A DNA stretch of 64,000 bases, taken from positions 64,001 to 128,000 of the IMG/VR virus record IMGVR_UViG_3300027973_000028; one strand, given 5' to 3'. Made by a program: the position numbers and the translations under genes. Of the stretch, positions 32,035-41,756 are shown piece by piece. The notes under the pieces were generated by a model. The model worked only from the letters and a program-made list of their open reading frames with translations. It did not search any database and had not been told where the DNA came from. This DNA comes from a virus. The number at the start of each line of letters is the position of its first letter. Positions within the stretch are counted from its first letter, which is position 1.

Positions 32035-32628
32035 TTAAGGTATTTTATATTCTGACCAATCTGGATTTATATTTAAATTTTCTTTTAATGGCTTAAAATT
32101 AGCGCTTATAACTATTCTTTTTTCATCACTATAATGACGATTTGTCATATGATATATGAATGAATTAAATAGTGTTAACATTCCTGTTTCTGGTTTTATG
32201 GTTGTCGTATTTTCTATTGTGTTGCAATATGGTGTAACGAATATTAGCTCTGCGCTTCCAGCTGGCGCGTTAACATAATACGATATTGAATAATAATCCA
32301 ATGGATATAATTGAGTATTAACCTTGTGAGTATGGCCCACAACAGACTGCCCACGTTCAAGCGTAAGAGTCCAAGCAGAATCCATAACCATTTCCCTGCC
32401 AAGAATAGCGTTTACTGTTTCGGTTATTTTTACTAAAAGTTTAGCACATTCTGGTTTTTCAAATGGATAATATCTATCTTCATAAAAAGTATGTGCTGGA
32501 TGAGGATCTTTAATATCAGGAATATTACCAGAAAATTCTTTTATTTCCTTTTCCACTAACCCATTGTCTATTTCTTCGATTGAACATGTGTGAACATCAA
32601 GGGATATTAAAGTAATTTTTTTATTCAT
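32035..32628 (-). CDS. Putative 2OG-Fe(II) oxygenase
   Basis: HTH...YYV...PETGMLTLFNSFIYH...KRIVISANF pattern. Confidence 0.75.
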   Translation of the reverse strand: MNKKITLISLDVHTCSIEEIDNGLVEKEIKEFSGNIPDIKDPHPAHTFYEDRYYPFEKPECAKLLVKITETVNAILGREMVMDSAWTLTLERGQSVVGHTHKVNTQLYPLDYYSISYYVNAPAGSAELIFVTPYCNTIENTTTIKPETGMLTLFNSFIYHMTNRHYSDEKRIVISANFKPLKENLNINPDWSEYKIP

Positions 32629-32631
32629 AAT

Positions 32632-33372
32632 TTATTGTTTGACTACTACTGTTAGCCCATAAAAAAGTGGAACGTGATACATTCTACAGTCTTTTCTTAA
32701 TTTTATTTCCTCATGATACGCAGCTGTGGGTGAAGCGACTGTATCGTTTTGATATAAGAATATGCTATCCGAAGAATTTTGTATAACTAGAATACCATTA
32801 GTGTTTAATCTATCTAAGTAAAAATCTGGACCAACAAATGGATTTTCCATTTCCTGCGACCACCCTATCATCATATCAAACATGTAGGCATTGCAGTTAT
32901 CTTTTTCTAAGTCTTGATGACTAATAACCGCATGTTCTATGGGTGCATATTCTTCTTGAAATTTTTTATACAAAGATGTTTTTTTATTATTTAACATATA
33001 TATTTTAGAGTCATAAATATCTTGGAATGGCTTTAGTTTGTATGTATCCAATCCACCAGATATGGCTAGTATATGTTTTGGCTTACATACGTCCGCCAAA
33101 AGCTGAGTTAACAATATTGGCATCCACTGAGATTGCCCATAAGAATCAGCTAGATTTGGTCTTGGATAATGAATAACAAATTCATAATCACTTGCACCAC
33201 CGGTAGCTATATTTCTTTTATCCACCTTAATGGTGTTCCATAAATAATCAGCTATGGCTACAGATTGTAAACCATCCTCTTTTGATGCTTGGGTTGTATA
33301 TTCCTTCCAATCATATGCCCAATTGGTAAAATCAAAAGATTTTTTAGTTTCATATCTATTACTATTTGTCAT
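32632..33372 (-). CDS. Divergent O-methyltransferase-fold protein (cassette B)
   Basis: MFDMMI...LNTNGILVI...YHVPLFYGLTVVVK; paralog of 37245-37949; motif I degenerate. Confidence 0.5.
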   Translation of the reverse strand: MTNSNRYETKKSFDFTNWAYDWKEYTTQASKEDGLQSVAIADYLWNTIKVDKRNIATGGASDYEFVIHYPRPNLADSYGQSQWMPILLTQLLADVCKPKHILAISGGLDTYKLKPFQDIYDSKIYMLNNKKTSLYKKFQEEYAPIEHAVISHQDLEKDNCNAYMFDMMIGWSQEMENPFVGPDFYLDRLNTNGILVIQNSSDSIFLYQNDTVASPTAAYHEEIKLRKDCRMYHVPLFYGLTVVVKQ

Positions 33373-33655
33373 TTTTTACCTCATAAAGCGCATACTGTAT
33401 ACTAAACCAGCATCTTCTTATGCCTCTGCATAAAACAATATTTTGTTTTTTTATGTATTCTTGCGCGGCAACGTTGTAATCGGGGTTGCTATGCTTATAA
33501 ACATACCTAGATCTAATTAGATTTATGGCTTCATCTATTGAAAAATCATTAAATCTATCTTCATCTATTCCAAGTATATATAGAAACGATGCTAGATGTT
33601 GAGAATTTATTTCTAGGTCCTCTAAAGAGTTATAACTACTCTTTATCTTTGTCAT
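33362..33655 (-). CDS. Small helical protein (97 aa, cassette B)
   Basis: Likely start MTKIKSSYN at 33655; paralog of 37939-38235 (YN..DLE, IDE, IRR.W). Confidence 0.65.
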   Translation of the reverse strand: MTKIKSSYNSLEDLEINSQHLASFLYILGIDEDRFNDFSIDEAINLIRSRYVYKHSNPDYNVAAQEYIKKQNIVLCRGIRRCWFSIQYALYEVKNDK

Positions 33656-33851
33656 CAGTTTCTTCTTCCTTGTACATTGCAACTCCCTGGCACATGCTGA
33701 CTGGTTTGCCGGAAACATAGTATATGCCAGTGGCTGAATCCCATTCCATTATTTCATTATCCCAATCTGGAAGATCTGTTATAGATTCGCCTTTTCTTTG
33801 CGACAAATCTGATTTATTATCAAATTCGTTTGTTTCTCCAATGCTACTCAT
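33636..33851 (-). CDS. Small acidic peptide (71 aa, cassette B)
   Basis: ORF overlapping both neighbours; positional equivalent of 38232-38438. Confidence 0.6.
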   Translation of the reverse strand: MSSIGETNEFDNKSDLSQRKGESITDLPDWDNEIMEWDSATGIYYVSGKPVSMCQGVAMYKEEETDDKDKE

Positions 33852-34063
33852 GATTGAGCCAATTTTTTATACGAAATTATTTCTTCAATTAGACAGCTAA
33901 AAGCCTGATATTGAGGAGTTGATTCATTAAAAGGATTTTTAGAATCTTCATCTAAACTTGTATAATCTACATCTAAAAGTGAGCTTAGCACGTCTATAGA
34001 TTTAGCCAGAAACATTCTAGCTTCGTTTTTTGCCTTAACTATGTCGTATTGTCCTAGTTCCAT
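33848..34063 (-). CDS. Small helical protein (71 aa, cassette B)
   Basis: LGQ..I...K.....L.KSI..L..LL shared with 38440-38667. Confidence 0.65.
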   Translation of the reverse strand: MELGQYDIVKAKNEARMFLAKSIDVLSSLLDVDYTSLDEDSKNPFNESTPQYQAFSCLIEEIISYKKLAQS

Positions 34064-34150
34064 TTTTTTCCTTTATATTTTTTTTACCTTATTTACCCAT
34101 GTATAGCATATGACTTTGTATATATATTGTACCACAAAGATATTACTAGA

Positions 34151-34735
34151 TTAAGCATTTTTTGGAACTTTTATATATTTGGAAAGATTATTACTGTAAG
34201 AGTATCTAGGTCCATGAATTACTTTAGTAACTCCGTGTTTACAGTGTTCAGCTGAACTATGCACGACCATATCTCCTGGTAATGGCTTGTATATTAAACC
34301 TTGATTAGGGTAATGCAGTGCGCCACCTTCAAAGTCATTAAAATAAACAATCAAACCATAAACAGTATATTTCACTAATTCATATGGTTCACCTTCCCTA
34401 TAGGATAGGCTCAGTTCTTTTATAGAACGAAAATCGTGATCATCAGAATGGACACCCCATTCGTCGCCAGCCAATAATCTATTTAAACACGTGTGCTCAT
34501 TTATCATAAAATTATTTTCAAAAGTTTCTTTAATTCTACACATTAAAGAGTTAAATTCTTTTATTGGAAAACTTATTTTATAATTAAACCACTTGTGATC
34601 AATGTCTTTTTGCCAGCCAAGTTCAGGGTCTATGTCGTTAATTGCCTTATTGTAAAATTCTATTTCTTTTTCTGAAAGAAAATAGTTGTAAACATATATA
34701 TCTTCACCAAGTTTTTTAAAATTTTTATGAAACAC
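34151..34735 (-). CDS. 2OG-Fe(II) oxygenase, prolyl-4-hydroxylase-like
   Basis: HSD...YFNDFEGGALHYP...HGVTKVIHGPRY. Confidence 0.85.
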   Translation of the reverse strand: MFHKNFKKLGEDIYVYNYFLSEKEIEFYNKAINDIDPELGWQKDIDHKWFNYKISFPIKEFNSLMCRIKETFENNFMINEHTCLNRLLAGDEWGVHSDDHDFRSIKELSLSYREGEPYELVKYTVYGLIVYFNDFEGGALHYPNQGLIYKPLPGDMVVHSSAEHCKHGVTKVIHGPRYSYSNNLSKYIKVPKNA

Positions 34736-34762
34736 AAAAATCCTTAATCTAAGCTATTAATT

Positions 34763-35035
34763 TCACCAAAGCCAAGGTGGCTGACTAGTAAAAACATTAT
34801 ACTCTAGGTTGAAAACATCTCCTATTTGTGGATACTTTCCACGAATATTATTGTCATAATCATAGCATCTTTTAAAGTGTACATTTGGATGATTTAATTG
34901 TTTTGTATAATATTCTTCCCATTTTTCAATTGATCCTAGAATCGTTGTTGCGTCACTGTCTTCTGTGTTTTCTTGAAAATCTTCTAAAACCATTATAACA
35001 ACATTCATTTTATTTAAAAGAGCATAACTCGCCAT
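34763..35035 (-). CDS. Hypothetical phage protein (90 aa)
   Basis: ORF with RBS; extended -10 (TGATATAAT) about 45 nt upstream. Confidence 0.65.
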   Translation of the reverse strand: MASYALLNKMNVVIMVLEDFQENTEDSDATTILGSIEKWEEYYTKQLNHPNVHFKRCYDYDNNIRGKYPQIGDVFNLEYNVFTSQPPWLW

Positions 35036-35104
35036 AATTAAAATTAACCTTTTTTAAAAATATATTTTTTATAGGAACATTATATCATATTATCTTATAT
35101 ATTA

Positions 35105-35857
35105 TTAATGTTCTGATTCTATATTATTTACTTTATTTAAAAATTTTCTTTCTTTTGGCCATCTATTTGCTAACTCTTTATTTTTTGAAAAAAATCCTTG
35201 AGATACAAATCGATCTCCACTTATAACCGGTAGCACTTCGTGAGCAGCGTCTTCGATTCCAACATCAGACCATATCAAAAGAGAATTTGCTTTTGGCTTA
35301 AAGTTAAAACCTGTCATTGGCATATTGAAATTGCCGCCTTCGTAATCATCATTAATGTAATAAACTGAAGAGAAATCAGTTCCTGCATTTTTTTCAGGTA
35401 AGATGGTTCCGTCACAATGAAGCTTCATATGACTGCCAGTCGCAGCATGGGCTAGCCATGGTTCGGTTTCTCTGTATATTGTATCGCCCCATATATCAAA
35501 AATTATTTCTTCAGTTTTTTGCTGTATGCTTTCAAGTATATCGTAAACTTGACCATAAGTAGGTATGGCCATAGATATTTTATAGTTATCACCATGTCTA
35601 GTATCTTCCGGATATGGTTCATCTATTTGACCACTATTAAATAAAATATATTCTTCTTCTGACATTAAAAATGAACGTTTAAATTTTACATCTGGATTTT
35701 TTGTATGGGTATATTCTTTCCATCTTATTGGTCCACCATACCCAACGAATTCAAAATTATCTTTTTTTTCTATGCAGTACTTATGTACAGTTTCTCTTTC
35801 TTCTTCTAAAAGAAAATCTGTGAATATAGTTATCATTGGAGTGTAAACTTTTTTCAT
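35105..35857 (-). CDS. 2OG-Fe(II) oxygenase, prolyl-4-hydroxylase-like (tandem paralog A)
   Basis: HCD...YYINDDYEGG...HEVLPVISGDRF. Confidence 0.85.
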   Translation of the reverse strand: MKKVYTPMITIFTDFLLEEERETVHKYCIEKKDNFEFVGYGGPIRWKEYTHTKNPDVKFKRSFLMSEEEYILFNSGQIDEPYPEDTRHGDNYKISMAIPTYGQVYDILESIQQKTEEIIFDIWGDTIYRETEPWLAHAATGSHMKLHCDGTILPEKNAGTDFSSVYYINDDYEGGNFNMPMTGFNFKPKANSLLIWSDVGIEDAAHEVLPVISGDRFVSQGFFSKNKELANRWPKERKFLNKVNNIESEH

Positions 35858-35871
35858 ATTTTATTTATCCT

Positions 35872-36561
35872 TTAAATTATTGAAAAAAATCCTTGAGAAA
35901 CAAATCTATCTCCGTTTAAAACGGGAAGCACTTCGTGTGCCATATCTTCGTGGCCAGAATTAGACCACATAACAAGAGAATTGGCTAATGGTTTAAAGTT
36001 AAAACCCATCATCGGCATGCTGAAATTCCCACCCTCATAATCATCGTTTACATAATAAACCGAAGAAAAGTCTGTTGATGCATCCCTGTTGGCTATAAAG
36101 GTTCCATCACAATGTAACTTCATGTGATCTCCAATTGAAGAATGCGTTAACCATGGACCACTTTCTCTAAATGTTTTGTGGCCATATGCATCAAGAATTA
36201 TTTGTTCAGTTTTTTTAAGCATGTGTGTTAGGGTTTCGTGTATCAAGCCATGCGTAGGTATGTCCATATACATCTTATAATTATCGCCGTGCTTGCTATC
36301 CTCAGGGTATGGTTCTTCTATCTTGCCATTGGTAAACGAAGAGTACTCGTCTTCTGTCATCAAAAATGATCGTTTAAATTTTAAGTTTGCATTTTTTGAA
36401 TGCGTGTACTCCCTCCATCTTACCGCAGACCCATACCCAACAAACTCAAAGTTATCTTTATTTTGCCTACAATATTTGTCTACAATTTCCCAATCATTTT
36501 TTGCAAGGAAGTCAGTGAATATGCTTATCGTGGGAAAATCTTTTTTAATTAAGTTATTCAT
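35872..36561 (-). CDS. 2OG-Fe(II) oxygenase, prolyl-4-hydroxylase-like (tandem paralog B)
   Basis: Likely start MNNLIKKDF at 36561; HCD...YYVNDDYEGG...HEVLPVLNGDRF; highly similar to 35105-35857. Confidence 0.85.
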   Translation of the reverse strand: MNNLIKKDFPTISIFTDFLAKNDWEIVDKYCRQNKDNFEFVGYGSAVRWREYTHSKNANLKFKRSFLMTEDEYSSFTNGKIEEPYPEDSKHGDNYKMYMDIPTHGLIHETLTHMLKKTEQIILDAYGHKTFRESGPWLTHSSIGDHMKLHCDGTFIANRDASTDFSSVYYVNDDYEGGNFSMPMMGFNFKPLANSLVMWSNSGHEDMAHEVLPVLNGDRFVSQGFFSII

Positions 36562-37231
36562 AATAAAATTTTCCAGATGATAAAGCTGAAGGTGGATTAT
36601 CCTTATGCCAAACATTAATAACAACAACTCTTCTAACTCCTGATATAGGAGGAGTTGTGTTGTGTATTACGTGACCTGCATCGAATATTATTAGCCTATT
36701 CGGCATACAGGCAATTCTTTCTCTAAGCTCTATAGGAACCACTAATGGATTCATGTTTTCTTTTTCAAGAGCTTTTTCAGAATCCTCTGATATAGCTGTC
36801 GGATGAAGTTCTAAAAAACCACCAACAACATCGTTTGTTTCTGGATAATATACACAGCCGATTATTGGGCCCCTGAATACTTTAGTGTCAGCGTATAAAA
36901 AAGTATCTTCATCTACATGAACATCTAAGAATTGTCCTGGCTTAAAAGTTCTAGTCCAATACTCAAATCCACATAATTCCTCAATTGGAAAAGGAAGATT
37001 GTTTTCCCAAACTGCCCTAATTAGTCTTTTTCTTGGCGTATTTGCCTCAGATTTATGCCAGCCATCCCAAAACATATACGGGGCAAAGCAGTCGCACAGC
37101 TCGTCGTGATACCCATTCAAGACTGTCGCAATGCGTTCTTCATTGCCCATTGACTCTGGGAAAAAGTCTTTTGTATATTTAATTTCATCCAATAACATTG
37201 GATCTTTTATAAAATCATCTAAAATAATCAT
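36554..37231 (-). CDS. 2OG-Fe(II) oxygenase
   Basis: EYW...HVDED...NRLIIFDAG...HNT...RRVVVINVW. Confidence 0.8.
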   Translation of the reverse strand: MIILDDFIKDPMLLDEIKYTKDFFPESMGNEERIATVLNGYHDELCDCFAPYMFWDGWHKSEANTPRKRLIRAVWENNLPFPIEELCGFEYWTRTFKPGQFLDVHVDEDTFLYADTKVFRGPIIGCVYYPETNDVVGGFLELHPTAISEDSEKALEKENMNPLVVPIELRERIACMPNRLIIFDAGHVIHNTTPPISGVRRVVVINVWHKDNPPSALSSGKFYYE

Positions 37232-37244
37232 AATTTATATAGTA

Positions 37245-37949
37245 CTACAGTTTGACCGCATATGTAACAGCAGCGCCTGTTGGATTGTGATATACGCATG
37301 AATTTTCTGTATTTTTAAGTTTTTCGTGAACTTCGTGAAAGTCTGTAAAAACAGATTCATCTCTATACAGAGAATCCGTGCCAGTATAAAGTATCATCAT
37401 AGTGCCGTTTTTATTTAACATATTAAAGAACTCAACAACACTATCGGGATCATGGAGCACATCGTGCACACTCATGCATATAAAATCGTATGTTTCTTTT
37501 GTGCCGAGCTCTACTTCTTGCATTGAAAGAATATTATAATTCCAATTTTCATTATCTTTTTTTATTATTCTTTCAAATAAATTTAACTGATAATTATTTA
37601 ATAATGTTAGTTTACACTTTTTATGCATTAGTCTCAATAACCCCGTATTGAACGCGGGCAATGTCATCAAACAGGTTTTTGGATTGGCTGTTAAAAATCC
37701 AAATTCATGAGTATTTGCCGCATAGTGATACGCTTGATTAGTGTTCCAAAAATGACTTTCTTGGCTAAATACATCAAAATACCAAATAAGAAAATCCATC
37801 CCCGATGCTATCTTTCTTTTGTCTAGATCTAGGGTGTCTAAATATTCTTTTACATTTTTACTTTTTTGTATTGATTCTTCGACTGATTCTATATCTGTAT
37901 ATTTTATTAAGTTTACTAAATTATCAAAATAATCTTTTTCATACATCAT
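37245..37949 (-). CDS. Divergent O-methyltransferase-fold protein (cassette A)
   Basis: TYDFI...LNKNGTMMI...YHNPTGAAVTYAVK; paralog of 32632-33372. Confidence 0.5.
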   Translation of the reverse strand: MMYEKDYFDNLVNLIKYTDIESVEESIQKSKNVKEYLDTLDLDKRKIASGMDFLIWYFDVFSQESHFWNTNQAYHYAANTHEFGFLTANPKTCLMTLPAFNTGLLRLMHKKCKLTLLNNYQLNLFERIIKKDNENWNYNILSMQEVELGTKETYDFICMSVHDVLHDPDSVVEFFNMLNKNGTMMILYTGTDSLYRDESVFTDFHEVHEKLKNTENSCVYHNPTGAAVTYAVKL

Positions 37950-38235
37950 CTTTGATAGCTCCAATCGCTAGTTGTCGCATATGCCAAAGTCTTCTTATGT
38001 TTCCTATTAAAGAGATTCGTTGATTTTTTAAATATAGATAACATGGGTCTTGACCTATATTTATCTTGCCAGACTCAACATCGTCTATTGGGGCTATTGT
38101 TAATAGTCTAGCAGCAGATATAATTTCATCTATGGTGTATAAATCTATATTTGATCCATCTAAACTAATACAATATAAATAAAAAGAAATTTTGTTATCT
38201 ATATACTCCAAGTCTTTTATCGCATTATATCTCAT
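37939..38235 (-). CDS. Small helical protein (98 aa, cassette A)
   Basis: Paralog of 33362-33655. Confidence 0.65.
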   Translation of the reverse strand: MRYNAIKDLEYIDNKISFYLYCISLDGSNIDLYTIDEIISAARLLTIAPIDDVESGKINIGQDPCYLYLKNQRISLIGNIRRLWHMRQLAIGAIKDDV

Positions 38236-38438
38236 GTTAGATCTTCTATTTTTGGAGATAAGGGCAAGATTATATATCTGTTCATTTCTGCAAAATCACT
38301 CGTTAGCACGTATTCTCTGGTCGTGCCACCATTTTCCATAATTATATTTTCATCTTCATCAGAGTATGATGGAATAAAATTATCCATCTTTTCTGTAAAT
38401 TCATGTATAAGTTCTTCACTAACCTTTTTGGGTTCCAT
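38232..38438 (-). CDS. Small acidic peptide (68 aa, cassette A)
   Basis: Closely coupled ORF; positional equivalent of 33636-33851. Confidence 0.6.
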   Translation of the reverse strand: MEPKKVSEELIHEFTEKMDNFIPSYSDEDENIIMENGGTTREYVLTSDFAEMNRYIILPLSPKIEDLT

Positions 38439-38439
38439 G

Positions 38440-38667
38440 TTAACTTATTTTTTTAAGAGCTACAATTTGATTGTAAAGAGATGTTATTGCATCTGTTTGC
38501 ATTTGAGATTTTTCTTCTTCACCCAAAAGATCACTTAATGAATTTGATGCCATTGCTTTTTCCATATCTTTTCCAAGAAGAAGACATAGTTTATAAATAG
38601 ATTTTGTTAAATATATACTGGTTTTCTGCTTAATCAAATTAAGCTCTTCTTGCCCAAGAGCAGCCAT
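38440..38667 (-). CDS. Small helical protein (75 aa, cassette A)
   Basis: Paralog of 33848-34063; TAATG overlap with the upstream gene. Confidence 0.65.
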   Translation of the reverse strand: MAALGQEELNLIKQKTSIYLTKSIYKLCLLLGKDMEKAMASNSLSDLLGEEEKSQMQTDAITSLYNQIVALKKIS

Positions 38668-39560
38668 TAGTACTGCTCCATATTTAGTGCCACAAGATAC
38701 TGTAGTGAATCCTCTTTGTATCCTTTTCCTTCAATTTGTTTTAGATAGTCTTGTCTAAGAAATGGAAGATAAAGATTTACCTCCATTGTAGAATTTGCTG
38801 GGTCTTTCAGCGGATCAAGAACATGTTCATTAAGTTCTTTGTTTGGACTACCATGACAATACCAACCGAGATAGGCGTATCTTACTCCGTTGTCTGTAGG
38901 TCTTATTTGATGCGCTGCCATATAATCACTAGGGAACATTAATACATCTCCCTTTTTAGGAGAATAGTCTATATCTAAATAGGGGAAAAAATGAGAGCCT
39001 CCTGTAAAGTTTTTTCCATTAAGTTCGGCGTCTGTTTCAACATTATCATTTATATAGAATATTGTTCCAACTACATTTTTCATGGCTAGCTGCTGACTTG
39101 GATGCGGGACGCCATACATATAATCTGTTTGTATATCTGCGTGTGGGCCCATATAAACATTAGATTTATATTGAGTTATGTGACCTCTGCTCTGCCACCA
39201 AACACATTTGTATACCAATGGAAATATTTCTATATATTTTAATAAGCATTTATATTTAACTTCATCAATAAAAGCCAAAGTTTTTATTGCGTGCAGTTCT
39301 TTATCTCTATGAATTCTTGTTGCCCTATATGGCATTTGTTCAATTTGCTCAATCGGAAAAAAGTATCCACTATTATTTACGTAAACTTGTTCCCCCGTAT
39401 TTGGATGGATAGTAAGTGAATACATTTCTGCTTTTTCTTGTTCTATACTTCTTTCGCAAAAACCATACATCCAATCCCAGTCTATGGTGGCAGTATTTTC
39501 GAAAAGAACGACTCCACCACCAAGATGTTTTGGCTCTACATCAACGTAATTCATTGTCAT
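38667..39560 (-). CDS. 2OG-Fe(II) oxygenase, prolyl-4-hydroxylase-like
   Basis: HAD...YIND...FTGG...PKKGDVLMFPS...HQI...GVRY. Confidence 0.85.
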   Translation of the reverse strand: MTMNYVDVEPKHLGGGVVLFENTATIDWDWMYGFCERSIEQEKAEMYSLTIHPNTGEQVYVNNSGYFFPIEQIEQMPYRATRIHRDKELHAIKTLAFIDEVKYKCLLKYIEIFPLVYKCVWWQSRGHITQYKSNVYMGPHADIQTDYMYGVPHPSQQLAMKNVVGTIFYINDNVETDAELNGKNFTGGSHFFPYLDIDYSPKKGDVLMFPSDYMAAHQIRPTDNGVRYAYLGWYCHGSPNKELNEHVLDPLKDPANSTMEVNLYLPFLRQDYLKQIEGKGYKEDSLQYLVALNMEQY

Positions 39561-40278
39561 TATTTTCTCCTGATTTATCGTCTAATTCTGCTAGTTTTAA
39601 CATGCCCTTAACTCCTGGCCCAATTTTATTACCATCTGCATCTAAGCCAGTTTTTATTCCCTTTACCCATGTCCATGGTTTATCTTTTGAATTTTGCATT
39701 TTGAGATCATTATATTTTCTTCTTGATTCTTCTAATTCTTTGTTGTCCCATCTATTTACTACTTCAAACTCAACACTCGGTAGTAAGTCTGTTGGATAGA
39801 TAGTAAAGAATAAAAATGGACTTCCCTTAGGGAATACAACAGGTTCATTTACCTTATGAATTACCCAATTTGTTTGAACTTCATCTGGCCACCAGCCAGA
39901 AGGGATGCTTGCGGTCATCGGTGACGCACCATCTACATAATAATTTGGCGAACCAGTTGTCCACAAACTATAACCTTCTTCTGTGTTTATTGCCCAACCA
40001 GTTGCGATTGATATCATTCCATGTATATTTGAGTGAGCAAAATTAAATCCATTGTGAACGCCTCCACTAATTATTCTTGCTGGGCTTGCTCCCCCGTCCC
40101 AAATTACCACTAGTTCTTCTGGGAGTATCATTTCCCAACCGCTAACATTTGCTGTAGTTACTGGTGTGCATTGGTATGCGTGTTTGTTATAGGTATTATC
40201 CATCCAATCTCTTTTAAGGCGGGACTGCCTTATTTCGACTGAGTTGTTATGAGTTCTTGATAGTATTATTTTTGTCAT
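39541..40278 (-). CDS. DUF6065-like protein
   Basis: N-terminal RDWMDNT...HAYQCTPVTTANVSGW and later NW...FPKGSPF, recalled as typical of this family. Confidence 0.6.
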   Translation of the reverse strand: MTKIILSRTHNNSVEIRQSRLKRDWMDNTYNKHAYQCTPVTTANVSGWEMILPEELVVIWDGGASPARIISGGVHNGFNFAHSNIHGMISIATGWAINTEEGYSLWTTGSPNYYVDGASPMTASIPSGWWPDEVQTNWVIHKVNEPVVFPKGSPFLFFTIYPTDLLPSVEFEVVNRWDNKELEESRRKYNDLKMQNSKDKPWTWVKGIKTGLDADGNKIGPGVKGMLKLAELDDKSGENNDNELR

Positions 40279-40279
40279 G

Positions 40280-41029
40280 CTAAATACCTAAAAATATATA
40301 ATCTGAATCTAAATTTTTTATTGGTCCAGGCATTTGGCCATAAAATCTTGGACCTCGACCGGCATCTGGATCTGCTGGTGACCCATCTAAATTATGCCCA
40401 TATTGAAATCCTTTATGAGTTCTCTCGTTATAGTCGAACATTGTAACAACTGAATATTTTGTGCCAGATACGACTGGTAACGAACTATGTGCATAAATGT
40501 ATGTTGAGGGAAACAATATTATGTCTCCAACTTTTGGTTTTATTTTAAATCTAAGTGTATCAAAAACCAATTCTCCACCATCATAATTATCATTTAAATA
40601 AGCCACAGATGATACAGTACAATTGTAGCTATAGCCATGATCTGCATGCGCAGAGAAGTGTTCTCCTGGAACATATTTAACAAAATTAAAGCTTTCCATA
40701 AAATCCATTTTTATACCGTGTCTTACCTCATAATCATAAAGGCATTCAAGTAGTGGAGATTTTACTGCTTCGCAAACCTCTTTGATTTCTTTTTGTTCTG
40801 GAGAATTTTCCCAAACGGTGTTATCTGGATGTATTTTAAAATCACTACAATTTCTATAACTTTTGTTTTTATTTAAATCCCCAGTTGTTCCCAAATCCCA
40901 TTTAAATCTATCATTAGTGGATTTTTCCAATGCAAGCTCAAGTTTATCTATTAGGCTTTCTGCATCAGGGATGGCTCCTCTGTAGACTATAACACCTAAT
41001 CTTGCATCAAAAACATATTGTGGGTTCAT
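40280..41029 (-). CDS. 2OG-Fe(II) oxygenase, prolyl-4-hydroxylase-like
   Basis: HADHG...YLNDNYDGGEL...FPSTYIYAHSSLPVVSGTKYS. Confidence 0.9.
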   Translation of the reverse strand: MNPQYVFDARLGVIVYRGAIPDAESLIDKLELALEKSTNDRFKWDLGTTGDLNKNKSYRNCSDFKIHPDNTVWENSPEQKEIKEVCEAVKSPLLECLYDYEVRHGIKMDFMESFNFVKYVPGEHFSAHADHGYSYNCTVSSVAYLNDNYDGGELVFDTLRFKIKPKVGDIILFPSTYIYAHSSLPVVSGTKYSVVTMFDYNERTHKGFQYGHNLDGSPADPDAGRGPRFYGQMPGPIKNLDSDYIFLGI

Positions 41030-41051
41030 AATTATCTATCTCCGATAAATG

Positions 41052-41092
41052 TGTGATATAATTTATTAAAAGCAAAGCCCATTATACCACAA
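41052..41092. promoter_or_regulatory. Divergent pair of extended -10 promoters
   Basis: TGTGATATAAT on + (~41052-41062) and TGTGGTATAAT on - (~41082-41092), between divergent oxygenase genes. Confidence 0.55.
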
Positions 41093-41109
41093 TTTTTGGA
41101 GAGCTAATT

Positions 41110-41751
41110 ATGTTTAATGAAGAAATAACAGAAGAAAAACCCTGGAAAGTTCTGCCTGGAACATTTGGAAATTCTACCGATAATATTAAAATTATAGAAA
41201 ATTTTATTGAAAAAGAGGATTTGTTATCTTTACAAAATTTTGTAAAAAAAATAGATGAATGGGACAACTCAAGAGGAAGTGAATATCATGAAGACGGAAC
41301 TATTAAATATGGTGCCGACGTTTGGTTAAATAGGACTTGTAGTTCTTATATTGTAAAAAAATTAGATAGAAATATTTATGATCTAATTGATTTTTATATT
41401 GATAAAATGACTGAAAGTATAAACAGTAATTATAATTGTATTGTTGAAAAAAGACCACCAGTCATTGTTTGTTGGCGACCTGGAGATTTTCAGATAGCAC
41501 ACGCCGACAAACAGCTTCAAGATGGAAGACCGAATGCTTTTCCAGATTATGACATTAATTCATTATTTTATATTAATGATGACTATATCGGGGGAGAATT
41601 ATTCTATACCCAACATGGTAAAAAGTTAAAGCCAGTAGCAGGTATGGCAGTATCACATCCTGGAGATGTGAATTACATACATGGAGTAACTCCAGTACTA
41701 TCCGGAGTTAGATGGGTTATCCCAGCCTTCTATGCTGTTAAATCTTTTTAA
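41110..41751 (+). CDS. 2OG-Fe(II) oxygenase, prolyl-4-hydroxylase-like (only + strand gene)
   Basis: HADKQ...YINDDYIGGEL...HGVTPVLSGVRW; GGAG RBS. Confidence 0.9.
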   Translation: MFNEEITEEKPWKVLPGTFGNSTDNIKIIENFIEKEDLLSLQNFVKKIDEWDNSRGSEYHEDGTIKYGADVWLNRTCSSYIVKKLDRNIYDLIDFYIDKMTESINSNYNCIVEKRPPVIVCWRPGDFQIAHADKQLQDGRPNAFPDYDINSLFYINDDYIGGELFYTQHGKKLKPVAGMAVSHPGDVNYIHGVTPVLSGVRWVIPAFYAVKSF

Positions 41752-41756
41752 TAAGA

